A stretch of 64,000 nucleotides of DNA from Octopus sinensis (taxonomy: Eukaryota), in contig NC_043010.1 in NCBI RefSeq assembly GCF_006345805.1, forward strand, positions 4,340,001-4,404,000, in the 5' to 3' direction. A program made the position numbers and the translations under genes. Shown here one piece after another: positions 1 to 13,267 of the stretch (position 1 is its first letter; the number at the start of each line of letters is the position of its first letter). Under the pieces are notes generated by a model. It saw only the letters and a list, made by a program, of their open reading frames with translations, had not been told where the DNA came from and searched no databases.

Positions 1-758
1 ACAACTTTAGCTGTGTGAATTGGTGCATTATCATCCTGAAAAATTGTGTTTCCCTCCAGAAACAGTTCCACAACCATAGGATGAATTTGATCAGATAAAA
101 TGCTTAAATAGTCTTGACTATTAATTCTGCCATGAAGGGAAAATCATTGAGCTGGTGGATTTCCAAGATATAGTACCCAGAACATCACAGATCCTCTTCC
201 ATGTTTAATGGTTGAGAGAAGGCAGTCTGGATAAAATGCTTCTTTTGGCTGTCTCTACATGTATACTCAGCCGGTGGCTGGAAATAAGGTATAGGATGAC
301 TCGCACGAGAAAATAGCATTCTTCCACTGCTCTAGGGACCAATTCCGTAGGTTTTTACTCCACTCTAAATGCTTTGCAACGTTTGTTTTTGAAAGCAGTG
401 GTTTTCTGATTGCAGCCCTCCCATGAAATCTGGCTTTGTGTAGCACAAAGCGAACAGTATTTGTGGAAACTGGGTTCTTGAGGTGGTCATTAAGCTTTGT
501 AGTAATTTTGGGAGCTGTTCTTTTGTGATCCTTTCTAACAATTCATGTAAGAGTCTGATGGTCCCTATCTGAAAGTTTTGGTTTTCTTCAGGATTTTTTT
601 TTTGACGAGGAAGTTTCTCCCTGTTTCTCAAAGACTGTCATTACTTTCAAGATAGTACTTCTTGATACACCAAACATTTCAACTGTTTTCATTATGCTTG
701 TGCCTGTCATATGAGCACCAACAATTTGACCTCTTTGAAAGTCCGATAGATCTGTCAT
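1..758 (-). pseudogene. Tc1 transposase pseudogene
   Basis: Manual translation: MTDLSDFQRGQIVGA...GRAAIRKPLLS...WKNAIFSCES...VKHG-like IKHGRGSVMFW...FQDDNAPIHTAKV. It has several stops and local frameshifts, and the first catalytic D is mutated (FSCES). Confidence 0.9.
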
Positions 759-946
759 TTTAATAAATTTTAATTACCTAATTCTGATGATATCTGAAAA
801 GAAACAGCAATTTCAGCAAAACATATTAAGCAACACTATAATAAATCAAAAAACATAACAATAAACAAGCTTTTGATGGTTTTATAGATATTTTAAAATT
901 ATGATATTATGATGCTAGGTGTTTCCATTATTTTGTCCAACCTTTG
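1..946 (-). mobile_element. Tc1-family DNA transposon, truncated by the window edge
   Basis: Left TIR TA|CAAAGGTTGGACAAAATAATGGAAACACC ends at 946 with a TA target; a transposase follows. Confidence 0.88.
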
Positions 947-964
947 TATATACACACACACACA

Positions 965-1125
965 AGTGGCTTCCACACCACTTCTTTCTACCAAATTCAG
1001 TCAAAAGGCATTGGTTGACCCAGGGAGAGTATAGACGAAAATTGTCTAATGTAATGTACCATGCAGTGGGACTGAACCTGAAACTAGGTGGTTGCAAAGC
1101 AAGGTTCTTAACCACACATCCATTC
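965..1125 (-). mobile_element. Family-A tRNA-derived SINE, diverged 5' fragment
   Basis: Reverse complement of the GGATGTGTGGTTAAG...GGTTCAGTCCCACTGC head shared with the other family-A copies. Confidence 0.65.
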
Positions 1126-1134
1126 TTGCATCTA

Positions 1135-1326
1135 TACATGCAGTATATACAGTGATATACATATATATATATGTATGTATATATATATAATATATATATA
1201 TAGATGTATAATATTATATATATATATATATATATCATATATATATATATATAATATACATATATATATATATATGTGTGTATATATGATTGCACTCATG
1301 CTTATACCAGAAAAGACAGAAGGATG

Positions 1327-1357
<31 letters not shown>

Positions 1358-1805
1358 GAGAAAAAGAAGAAGAAGAAATGTGTGAAACAGTGGGGAATGA
1401 GGGACAGAAACTGAGAAAGGGAATTCAGAGTGACTCAGTAATCGTGCGACAGAAGAGTTGCAAAGAAAGTCCTTTTTCTGAAGGCAAAGGCAAGGCTGGA
1501 GTAAATGAAAGGAAGGACACAGCAGTTCCAGTCACGGAATCGTACTTAAAGGGGCAAGGTATAAAACACTCGGCTCTGTGCTGACATAAATGAACGCTGC
1601 AGCAGCAATGTCTGTAGCAGCAGCAGCAGTGGTGACAGTAGCAGCAGCACCAGCAGCAGCAGCACTGCGGTGTGCATCACATTGTGGCTTTCAACACACA
1701 CAGCCCAGTAGGTGGAGAATGTTTGATCAAAGTTAGTAGAACAATTCCTAGAATAAAGAACTTTTAAAAGATACTTTGATATGTGAAACTGTAGATTATA
1801 TGCAT

Positions 1806-1843
<38 letters not shown>

Positions 1844-3155
1844 TTGCATATACATACATACATACATACATACATACATACATACCATACATACATACAT
1901 ACATACATACATACATACATACATACATACATACATACATACATACATACATGCATGCATGCATGCATACATACATACATACATAGATACATACATACAA
2001 AGGCACAAATACACACATGCATACATAGATATAGCTGTCTAATTATCTATCAGTCTATCGATCTATATTATATATATATATGTATATAATATCTATATAT
2101 ATTATACATATAAATATATATATATACATAATATAATATACTTATATATATATTAAATATTTATATATATATATATATATGAATATGGATAGATATATAT
2201 ATCACATATATATATACATATAAATATATAATAATATATATATATACTTGTATATATATATATATATATAATATATATTATATATATACATATATATGTA
2301 TATATACAATATATATATATATGCATGTGATGTATACATAAAGACTTATACACACACAGACATACATACATACATACATATATACATACATATGCATATG
2401 TATGCATATATACATGCATACACACACCACACACATATATGCACCCACCCCACACACACACACACATTGGGTAGGTTGTCACAACCGTGCACATGTTCAA
2501 AGGTAACAATATCAGAATAAAATCGAATGACAAATGAAAAATAAAAATTCGAAGTAGGTAGAAGAAACTTGGATGATGAGTGCAAAGGAAAAAACTAAAA
2601 AAAAAAAACAAAAAAAAAACTAACAAATAAAAAATTAAAATAACAATAAAACAAGAAAAACAAAAGAAAGAAAGAAAACTATGTTAGGTGTGAAAGCATG
2701 CTAGGTAATAGATGCATGATTTGGAAGTGTGAAGCTGGAAACTAGAGAGATGTTAAAAACTAAATGCTATAGTTTAGTATCCAAGGGACAAGAATGTTGT
2801 ATTGGCTCCATCGTACAAGCATTTGGGAGCAGACTGATTAAACATGAATAAGTGGAAGAAATGACTGAGTATTATTAGTCATAAGGTATTGTTTCTCTTT
2901 ATACAACGGGAGAGAGAGAGTGAGAGAGGGAGAGAGAGAGAGAGACAACCGCAAGAGATTCAATGAAGAAATGAATTATATATAAGCACACACATATACT
3001 TATATATAATATGTGGGTGTGTGCACGCATGTGTATATATATATATATATGTATATATAAGTGTACGAGTGTGTCTCTATATATATATATGTATCTATAT
3101 ATATATATATATACGTGTGTGTTTATATATATGTTTATATGTATATATACATATG

Positions 3156-3200
<45 letters not shown>

Positions 3201-3692
3201 TATATATAAATATTTATATGCATATATATATATGTTTATATATATATATATATAAGTAGGTGAATGAATTATCCTATGTTTATCGTCAGCATGGAAAATT
3301 CGTTTAACCGAAACCTGGGTAGCAAATTCACGTCGACTCCATCCTTTCATTTATATATATATGTTTATATATATATATTCAAATATATGTATATAAATAT
3401 ATATATATGTACAAATATGTATATCTATACGTATACATATACACACACATACACACACGCACTCACAAGCACACAAACAGACATATATTTTTTTCTCTCT
3501 AGTTTCAGCTCAGAGCTGCGGCCATGCTGATGCACCATATATATAAGGGTACCCTGATATATCAATATTTTTATTCAAACTCCTGTGAACACTAACAATA
3601 CATGTGGTATATCTATCTATATATCTATGTGGGTGCATATATAAAACACATAATATATATACATATATATATAAATACATATATATACATAC

Positions 3693-3723
<31 letters not shown>

Positions 3724-3975
3724 CTATATATATATATATATATACAACCTATATATATACATATATATATTATATACATATATATATACATTATAATACA
3801 TATATATATATATATATTATATACATACATATATATATATATATACATATATATTATATATATGATATATATATATATGTTATATATATTATATAATATA
3901 TATATTATATTATATATATATTTTATACATACAAAACACATGTATGTCTGTATATGCATGTGTTTGTATATGTAT
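1135..3975. repeat. Block of compound microsatellites: (TA)n, (GA)n, (CAG)n at 1585-1665, (CA)n, (TACA)n
   Basis: Directly visible; it explains the YIYI, CMYV and HTHT ORFs. Confidence 0.95.
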
Positions 3976-4304
3976 GTATAAACGGTAACAGAAAGCAAAA
4001 GGGGCAGTGGACAGTAAAACAATAGCTATTGAAATTAGATAAGAAATTACTCAGATAAAACTTCACAAAGAAAACAATATTGACTTATGATCCACCAGTA
4101 AAATAGGTAATAAATGACATTAAATATTTTATGTATTATTGTTTGATTGTTTGATTACATGCCTGTATGTATGCATGTGCATATGTATGTATGCACACGT
4201 GTATACATAGTTATATGTGTATGTGTATGCATTTGTATATATGTTAGAACTTATACACATATAGATACATATATACATGAATGCACACACATATTTTCTG
4301 TGTG

Positions 4305-4354
<50 letters not shown>

Positions 4355-4359
4355 AAACA

Positions 4360-4390
<31 letters not shown>

Positions 4391-4458
4391 AATCTATCTA
4401 TCAAACAATCTATCTATCTATCTATCTATCTATCAAACAATCCATCTATCTATCTATC

Positions 4459-4525
<67 letters not shown>

Positions 4526-4549
4526 AAACAATCCATCTATCTATCTATC

Positions 4550-4631
<82 letters not shown>
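4305..4631. repeat. (TCTA)n tetranucleotide array with CAAACAA interruptions
   Basis: Directly visible. Confidence 0.97.
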
Positions 4632-4789
4632 TTCACTGTGTGTGAGTGTGTTTTTATATTGACTGGGTTAAAATCCAAGCAGTGTCCTGTTCAAGCACAT
4701 TCCAGTGTTCCAGATCCGTTATATTCGCGTGCGGTACGAATTGAAGTTGGAAATTCTGGGAAATATTTTCTGCCAAGTAATTATATATC

Positions 4790-5092
4790 AAAACAGGAGA
4801 TTGGAAAAATGTTTGGTATTATTTATTCACTATTATACATGTTTCATTTGCAAGAAAGAGTTACAAAATTGTACATGTAGTAGAAACATGTAAGATATCT
4901 CTTGTTTGAAATTCTTCAGACAGAGAATCAAATATTATTATGTATTATTTGATATTTTCTGTCTGAAGAATTTTTAATTAGAAATATCTCATATGTTTCT
5001 CCTGCATGTACAATTTTGTAACTCCTATTAGCACATGAAACATGTGTAATGGTAAATAAATAATAGCCCAAACTTTTCCAATCTCTCGTTTT
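4790..5092. repeat. Fold-back element with arms of about 150 bp, a loop of about 15 nt and roughly 80% arm identity
   Basis: GAGTTACAAAATTGTACATG and AATTCTTCAGACAGA in the left arm are mirrored by TCTGTCTGAAGAATT and CATGTACAATTTTGTAACTC in the right arm. Confidence 0.88.
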
Positions 5093-5299
5093 CATACATA
5101 TATATATGCATCCATATGTATACGTGTATCTCTTTCTCTCTCTCGCCATATATATATATATATATAATCTGTGTGTGTTTGTGTAATAAGACAAAATATG
5201 CATCTATAGAGAGAGAAAGAGAGAGAGATACAAGAACACATACACACACATGCAGTTATGTTTATATATATATTTCTATATATATATATAGATATATAT

Positions 5300-5430
5300 A
5301 ATAGAAGAAATGAGGTACTCAGAAATCTGGATGGTTTTATATTTAGATATTTATTAGCATGTTACATATTTTTATAAATCATATATCATATATTAGCGCT
5401 TTCGTCCACTCTAGTGGAGTCTTCAAATTG
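5300..5430. repeat. Dispersed repeat, second copy at 46998-47140, possibly Penelope-derived
   Basis: Both copies begin AGAAGAAATGAGGTACTCAGAAA and share ...ATTAGCGCTTTC...CTAGTGG. Confidence 0.7.
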
Positions 5431-5879
5431 AATTAACTTTTGCAAGAATTTTGACTCTTTTTTTAGTATTATTGAGTGTGTAGGGTGGGGAGAGATATAA
5501 GATAGTACAAGAGGGTGAGGAATGTGGAGAAAGTGAGAGAGAGCATGTGTGTGTATGTATGTAACTGAAAGGGATGTTAAAGAAAAAGAAGGAAAGGAAG
5601 AAGGAGAGAAAGAAGAAAAAATTGTTGATATTTTTGCAGCTGGTCAGTTTGCCAATAATAAGCGATTCTTGGCTTTTAGTAATGGCAAATTCAGCTGGTC
5701 ACTCCAAGGGGAACAAAATGTCACTTTTCAAAAAATTGTCTGGATTTACTTTTTATCATTGTCTTGTGAGAGAGTGTGTGTGTGTGTATGTGCGTGTGTG
5801 TGTGTGGGTGTCTGTACATCATCTCCAAACCTTGGCCACAGTGAAATGACTGAAACAAGTAAAAGAGTATGTATATATA

Positions 5880-5989
5880 GGCATCCAGTCATAGAAAACA
5901 TATCAAATCAGACTGGAACCTGATGCCAGCTCTGGTCAAACCATCCAACCCATGCCAGCATGGAAAACAGACTTTAAATGATGATAATA

Positions 5990-5990
<1 letters not shown>
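5880..5990 (+). mobile_element. RTE-type LINE 3' tail fragment
   Basis: AACCCATGCCAGCATGGAAAACAGAC...TGATGAT terminus. Confidence 0.65.
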
Positions 5991-6053
<63 letters not shown>

Positions 6054-7734
6054 AATTGCATGCAGTCTGCTATGAGACCAGGACCTACCATAATCAGGGA
6101 ACTCAAATGCAGGATTACATTCCTAGAATAAGGTCAGTGCATGACCTTTTAGGCTAATATGAATACTGATTTATACATGCACGTATTACTAAAACGATGA
6201 CAATCTGCAGACAACTTTTAGGATGAGTTCTGCAACAATTTTGAATAAGAGTTCCAGTAACTATGTTGCTTCTGTGGACGACATTTGTCGTCAGCCATCG
6301 AACTATTTGCTCTCAACTATAGTCACCAAACTGTATTAAGCTAATGGCAAAACTTTAAGCAATCCAATGTTACTTACATTAAGAAAATTACCTCTATATA
6401 ACGGTGAGCTGCTCCCAGGTTGAAAGCTCTAAGACACAGCTCCATTATGTAAAGAACGGGTGTATGAATTTATATATGGAAGATCCTGGAAGTAAGTGGT
6501 AGCACCAAACTTTGATATTGAGAGCTATACCAGTCATCATACCAGTTACCATGGCTGAGTGCTGAAGGTTCCCATTCTTTCCCAGATACTGCAAAAGCTT
6601 AAAGTGTGTCTGTGTATATGTTTGTATGTGCATTCTTGCTGTCTATTTACATCCATGCACACAAAATATGTCATTTGGCCTGCTTGTCTGTGTTGGTGTC
6701 TGTATGCGGTTTCTGCATATATTTGTGTGTGTGTATGTGTGTGTATTTGTGTGTGTGTGTGATTGTATATGTGTATTCTTTGACTTAAAATTTAGCTGTA
6801 TGAAGCCACTACCACCTTTCCCCACTTTTCTACACACCCACTCTACTGTACAGCCTTCTGGTTTGACCATGTACCCCCATACATCACATCCCTATCTCAA
6901 TAATAATTACTTCGCTAAGCACTTTGCCTCTCCTGTATACATCACTCAGCAATCCTAATTGACCTTCAAAGGAAAAATACTTAAGCCATAAAAAAGTTCA
7001 TTCAGCCACATCTTAAATCCCATCTCACATAAAAGGGTTTTTCTTATTCCTGCAAATAACCCAATTACCATTCTTAGATAAATACCGGAAGGAAAAACCA
7101 AAACAAAAAAAGGAAGACACAACAAAAAAAAAAGCCTATTTATTTCATGACTTCTCTTGTCCACAAAAACAAGCAAAAATAGAAACTTTCTACAAAAAAT
7201 GTTAACTTACTCCAAATCACACACATCCAAGCTAAGTCCAACTCCTCCAAACAAAATCCTGCACCTTATGAATACATCAATTTACCAATGTTTTTAATAC
7301 TTTGAGAATTCCAGCCCAGGATGAAACTACTGGTCACTGAGCCATTGAACCTTTCATTTCCAATGCTAAATATACTTAAGTCCCTCTGTCTATATATGTG
7401 TGTATGTGTGTGTATTTGTGTGTGTATTTGTATATATATGCACTTACATAAGTGGGTGTATATATGTGTGGTATGTTTATGTGTATGTGGGACTTGACCA
7501 TTTCCCAGTGTTTTGAATGTTAAAATACCTAGAATTCTAATGACTCCTACAACAGATTACTGATGTGTGTTTGTGTTGTGTGTGTTGGTGTGTGTATAGA
7601 TAGATAGATACATACGAACATACATGCATACATACATACATACATACATACATACACAACATATGTTTATAAGCAATATTAATAAAGACTAGACGAGATA
7701 CCCAGCATTACTCAGGATTAAGACGGCATAGTTT

Positions 7735-7975
7735 TTCTATTGGTTTACTTGTTTCAGTCACGTGACTGTGGCCTCGCTGGAATGCTGCCTTCAGTTGAAC
7801 AAATTAACCCTAGGATTTATTCTTTGTAAGCCTAGTACTTATTCTATCGGTCTCTTTTGCCGAACCGCTAAGTTACGGGGATGTAAGACAGCAACATTAG
7901 TTGTCAAACGATGGTGGAGGTACAAACATGGAGGATTCATGCTAAGACACATGCATGTGCACTCACACAAATATC
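7735..7975 (-). mobile_element. Family-A SINE, 3' half
   Basis: TTTACTTGTTTCAGTCA...CCTAGTACTTATTCTATCGGTCTCTTTTGCCGAACCGCTAAG. Confidence 0.85.
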
Positions 7976-8014
7976 TATATATACATATATATCTATATCT
8001 ATCAATCTATCTCA

Positions 8015-8045
<31 letters not shown>

Positions 8046-8194
8046 TAAATAAATGGAGTTTAATGCAGGTGTAATCAAATATTTTTACTTTCGACACATG
8101 TTTCGAAAATTCCACTGATACTATTCAAAAGAATAAATGGTATAAACAATGCAATCTTCTCCTCAGAATTGTTAACAAGGTAAAAATACACTCA

Positions 8195-8236
<42 letters not shown>

Positions 8237-8246
8237 CACACACATA

Positions 8247-8281
<35 letters not shown>

Positions 8282-8395
8282 CTGCCAGATCTGACTGGCC
8301 TGGTGCAGCCTTCGGGCTCCCCAGACCCCAGTTGAACCGTCCAACCCATGCTAGCATGGAAAGCGGACGTTAAACGATGATGATGATGATGATGA
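8282..8395 (+). mobile_element. RTE-type LINE 3' tail
   Basis: CCAACCCATGCTAGCATGGAAAGCGGACGTTAAACGATGATGATG. Confidence 0.8.
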
Positions 8396-8424
8396 TATAT
8401 ATACACACATATATATATATATAT

Positions 8425-8600
8425 ATATTTCTTTACTACACACAAGGGGCTAAACACAGAGGGGACAAACAAGGACAAACGGATTAAGTCAATTACATCG
8501 ACCCCAGTGCATAACTGGGTTGAGCACTGGGGTGAATATAATTGACGTAGCTATTCCCCTGAAATTAGTCGCCTTGTGCCAAGATTTGAAACTGTTATTA
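8425..8600. mobile_element. Two abutting Nin-domain-type SINE tail fragments in opposite orientations
   Basis: CACAAGGGGCTAAACACAGAGGGGACAAAC...GACCCCAGTGC (minus), then GTTGAGCACTGGGGTG (plus). Confidence 0.6.
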
Positions 8601-8749
8601 TTATTATCATCATCATCATTGTTATAGATATATTATCATTATTGCACTTTCTTGATAACAGTAACCAGTGGAAGAGAGGGACTAACTTCTGACCCTATCG
8701 ATATGACTCATGATATTTCATACAGACAGGGATCACTGACTGTTGATGA

Positions 8750-8845
8750 ACTATGTTGTTGTTGATGACGATGATGATGATGATGATGATGATGGTGATG
8801 ACGATGATGATGATGATGACGACGATGATGATGATGATGATGATT
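8750..8845. repeat. (GAT)n trinucleotide repeat
   Basis: Directly visible. Confidence 0.95.
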
Positions 8846-9461
8846 TCAAATACATAATGATAAATAGATGAAAATAGCTCAAACAAAATATTATTGAATT
8901 ATGAAGCCCAAAATTATGTATAACAACAGAAAAATAAGACAAACTAAAATAAACTTTTAACAATTCAAATAATTGTAAATATATAAACTACAACATGTAT
9001 GTGTGTAAGTATGTATGTATGTATGCATGTATATATATATACATACATATAAATATAAATACATACATGTGGTAGTTTATATATATATATACATACATAT
9101 AAATATAAATACATACATATGTGTATACATAAATACATACATATGTATATAATATGTAAAATATATATATGTATAATTAAAATTTAATCTTATAAATTGA
9201 GTAAGGCTTTCACATAAATTGAAGAAGCCATAAACATTTATCCAATAGGAAAAAAAAATGTTCTGTAAATTATGTGTTATTTCTATTTTATTGAAAACTT
9301 AATATAAAATGATGAATGAAACTGAATTCTAATCCTTACATTATAATTTCAGATACTGAATGTTAAGTGTTTAATAACAGTTTTTGAGTTCCTTCCTTAT
9401 CTTCTCAAAAGATCCATAATCATGTTATGCAAATAATCATTTTTACCAATATTAACAACTG

Positions 9462-9865
9462 TGGCCATAGCCAGCACTGCATCGACTGGCCTCTGTGCTG
9501 GTGGCACGTAACAAACACCATCCGATTGTGGCCGTGCCAGCCCTGCCTGGCCTCCGTGCTGGTGGCATGTAACAAACACCATCCGATCGTGGCCATACCA
9601 GCCCTACCTGGCCTCCGTGCCGGTGGCACGTAAAAAAAAACCATCCGAGCGTGGCCGTTCACCAGCCTCGTCTGGCACCTGTGTCGGTGGCACATAAAAA
9701 GCACCCACTACACTCACGGAGTGGTTGGCGTTAGGAAGGGCATCCAGCTGTAGAAATACCGCCAGATCTGACTGGCCTGGTACAGCCTTCGGGCTTCCCA
9801 GACCCCAGTTAAACCGTCCAACCCATGCTAGCATGGAAAGCGGATGTTAAACGATGATGATGATG
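9462..9865 (+). mobile_element. 5'-truncated RTE LINE 3' UTR with four ~61-bp tandem units
   Basis: Units TGGCC...GTGC(T/C)GGTGGCAC(G)TAA...ACCATCCGA are followed by GGTTGGCGTTAGGAAGGGCATCCAG and a (GAT)n tail. Confidence 0.8.
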
Positions 9866-10089
9866 TTAGTTTTATATATATGCTAGGTGCTACAGATTAC
9901 AAGTTAAACTCCCAATAAAACCAGTTTACGACCCTTTTTGGCTTTCTGTTGCTACTACTTCACTTCATTTTCTTAGCCTTTGGAGAAGTAGAATCATGGA
10001 AAACTCACATTTCTCATAGTCTTAAAACTTAAGTTTCAAGCCTTCCTTTCTTAACCAAAGTTTTTTTTTTTATATATATACATATATAA

Positions 10090-10506
10090 GGCGCAGGAGT
10101 GGCTGTGTGGTAAGTAGCTTGCTAACCAACCACATGGTTCCGGGTTCAGTCCCACTGCATGGCATCTTGGACAAGTGTCTTCTGCTATAGCCCCGGGCCG
10201 ACCAATGCCTTGTGAGTGGATTTGGTAGATGGAAACTGAAAGAAGCCTGTCGTATATATGTATATATATATATATATATATGTGTGTGTATGTTTCTGTG
10301 TCCGTGTTTGTCCCCCTAGCATTGCTTGACAACCGATGCTGGTGTGTTTACGTACCCGTCACTTAGCAGTTCGGCAAAAGAGACCGATAGAATAAGTACT
10401 GGGCCTACAAAAGAATAAGTCCCGGGGTCGATTTGCTCGACTAAAAGGCGGTGCTCCAGCATGGCCGTAGTCAAATGACTGCAACAAGTAAAAGAGTAAA
10501 AGAGTA
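10090..10506 (+). mobile_element. Family-A SINE, full length
   Basis: tRNA-like head GGAGTGGCTGTGTGGTAAGTAGC...GGGTTCAGTCCC, internal (TA/TG) microsatellite, and (TAAAAGAG)n tail. Confidence 0.92.
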
Positions 10507-10820
10507 TATAAGACATTATAGCAGAATCATAGCTATTCAACAAAATCATACTTCTGTGTGGAAATATTTCTGAATTGGTTTGGTTGCATTAATCAAATTC
10601 TTTCAGCCAGGTAATCTTTCTTTGTTGCAGACACACATTTGTAGTTAGAGACTGTAGCAGCAATATAAGCAGAGTCCAAAACATCAAGTCACTGCCTAAG
10701 AATTGAACCCCAAATCATTATGTTCTGCTGTGAAAATAACTGGAAACATCAAAATAGGATTTTGATTGAAATTGATGATGTTAGCAAGCAACTAACCATT
10801 CAAGTCCCTGGTAGATACAT

Positions 10821-11053
10821 AAAGGCGGCGAGCTGGCAGAAATGTTAGCATGCCGGGCGAAATTCTTAGCGGTATTTCGTCGGCCGTTACGTTCTGGGTT
10901 CAAATTCCACCGAGGTCGACTTTGCCTTTCATCCTTTCGGGGTCGATTAAATAAGTACCAGTTATCCATTGAGGTCGATGTAATCGACTTAATCCCTTTG
11001 TCTGTCCTTGTTTGTCCCCTCTATGTTTAGCCCCTTGTGGGTAATAAAGAAAC
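10821..11053 (+). mobile_element. Nin-domain-type SINE, full length
   Basis: AAGGCGGCGAGCTGGCAGAA head and GCCTTTCATCCTTTCGGGGTCGAT...AAGTACCAG central domain; imperfect GGTAGATA(C/T)AT TSD. Confidence 0.88.
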
Positions 11054-11509
11054 AGGTAGATATATTAAGCAAATTAAGCATTTGTTTTTACCTGTGACTG
11101 GGCTAACCAGTGAAAACACAATTGCTACAGCAGATGCTTAACTTGTTAGAATCTTGTAAACAACCTCAACAAATTGAGATAAACACCATGTCATTGGAAT
11201 GTCATTAAGGATTTTGTCTTTGGCACCTTTTCTTAGACAGACCATGGTGATATAATTAGTCACAGCTTAAACTAACTAGTCACAGGAAAATTAGGCAACT
11301 CAGCTACAAAATTCAACAACTTCAATGATCCACTATCATTAGCGACACACCCCATGCACAGACAAACATGAACTGACTCACTTGTATCTCTTCCGATCTT
11401 GTAGCCTATTATTACTTGACAAATGTTTACAACTTTGTTTAATTGTTTTCCAAGATGAATTTTAATTTCCCAGTATTTTCCTCATGTTTTATTTTTCTGA
11501 TTGTACTCT

Positions 11510-12195
11510 CATCATCATCATCATCATCATCGTTTAACATCCGCTTTCCATGCTAGCATGGGTTGGACGATTTTGACTGAGTGCTGGTGAACCAGATGGC
11601 TGCACCAGGCTCCAATCTTGATTTGGCAGAGTTTCTACAGCTGGATGCCCTTCCTAACACCAACCACTCCGAGAGTGTAGTGGGTGCTTTTTACATGCCA
11701 CCGGCACGGGGGTCAGTCAGGCAGTACTGGCAACGACCTTGCTCGAATCTTTTTACATGTGCCACTGACACAGGTGCCAGTAAGGCAACATTGGTAACGA
11801 TCAAGCTCGAATGGTGCCCTTTTACGTGCAAACTGGCACGGAAGCCAGTTGGCTGGTCTGGCAATGATCATGCTCGGATGGTGCTCTTGGCATCCTACTA
11901 GCACGGGCGCAAATGCCAGTAAGGCAACGCTGGTAATGATCACGCTCGAATGGTGCCTTTTATGTGTCACTGGCACAGAAGCCGGTGAGCCGCTCTGTCA
12001 ATGATCACGCTCGTTTGGTGCTCTTTGCACCCTGCTAGCACGGATGCCAGTCATCGAATTTAATTTTGATTTTGCTCTTGATTGATTTCGCTTGCCTCAA
12101 CAGGTCTTTGCAAGCAGAGTTTTAGTATCCAAAGAAGGAAAAGGTACACAATAATGGGCTGGTTACGCCCCTGGCATAGGCCATGAGATTATGGT
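11510..12195 (-). mobile_element. RTE LINE 3' UTR with six 65-72-bp tandem units
   Basis: (CAT)n tail, CTGGATGCCCTTCCTAAC motif, and GGTGC unit starts at 11683, 11813, 11880, 11952 and 12017. Confidence 0.82.
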
Positions 12196-13267
12196 GTCTC
12201 ACAAATATCTTCTGTTACTCTGTTTTCTATACATTTACATATGACCACATGACATGAACAAGGTATTAGCTTAGAAGCGTCAGGTATAGACTAAAGTCTT
12301 CTTTCTATGCATGATCACAGAAGAGAACATTGAAAATATTGTTCAGAAGCAATATGGATATCTCATCTGAAGTAAATCAACCTGAGAGATTAACAAATTA
12401 GATAATTGCATTTCTAATGCCATCCTGAATTGTAAAATGCTTTACAAAGATGTTAGCAATATGAACCCTAACATTTCAAACAGCCTAACATAAAAGTGTC
12501 TGAATAACAATATGGTTGTTATTACTAACATTAGTTTTAAATATAAACACATTTGCCAAGCATTTGTGCTTTTAAGGACTGTATTACTATTATCATATTG
12601 CACAAGATTCTTTGATCCTGTGAGATCCTGTGTTAGAAATGGACTGCAGCCGAGTCAAAAATATTCAGGTGCTGAAAGACGAAAGGCATCTGATAATGAA
12701 CAAAGACAAAGGTTACTAAAACATGTGTGTGTGTATGTGTGTGTGTGTGAGAGGGAGAGAGAGAGAGAGAGAAAGAAATGGAATGTGGTAACACGCATCG
12801 TAACTCCTCCATATTCCCCAACAAATTATGTCTAGAAACTTAAACATTATTCTCTAGTATTTACATTTGTTACAGTTCCAATGTCACAATATTACTATAA
12901 GTGAAACTAAACCAACTATTGCCAGATTACGAAAGAATTGTCACTGTACATTAAATATTAAGTTGTTGCATTAACCCCCCAGGTTAGTTCTGATCATGCA
13001 GGCCTATGATCAAAAGCATTCCAGCCATGACCATCTCATCATTTTTTTAAGTTTGTAAATTATGTGAACTAAATTAACCACTGTGTTTTTACTTTATGTA
13101 GGGTTACAGGGATGTGACCTGAAGGATATTTGACTGCTATTTCTAACAGGTCAATTTACCACACAAAGCCCTGCACCCTTTCCTTCTTGGCCCATTCAAC
13201 ATTATGTAGTTGTAACTGGTGAACATATATTGCATGAAAGAAAATGGTAAAATCAGAATGTGCATTC

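Noticed and set aside
11683-12050. Regularly spaced repeats resembling a CRISPR array
   Set aside because: Whole units are homologous with no unique spacers, they sit in a LINE 3' UTR, and the DNA is eukaryotic with no cas genes.
12633-12690. Strong minus-strand polypyrimidine/AG sites followed by a short frame (HLNIFDSAAVHF*)
   Set aside because: Such sites are common in AT-rich DNA and nothing links them to the gene.
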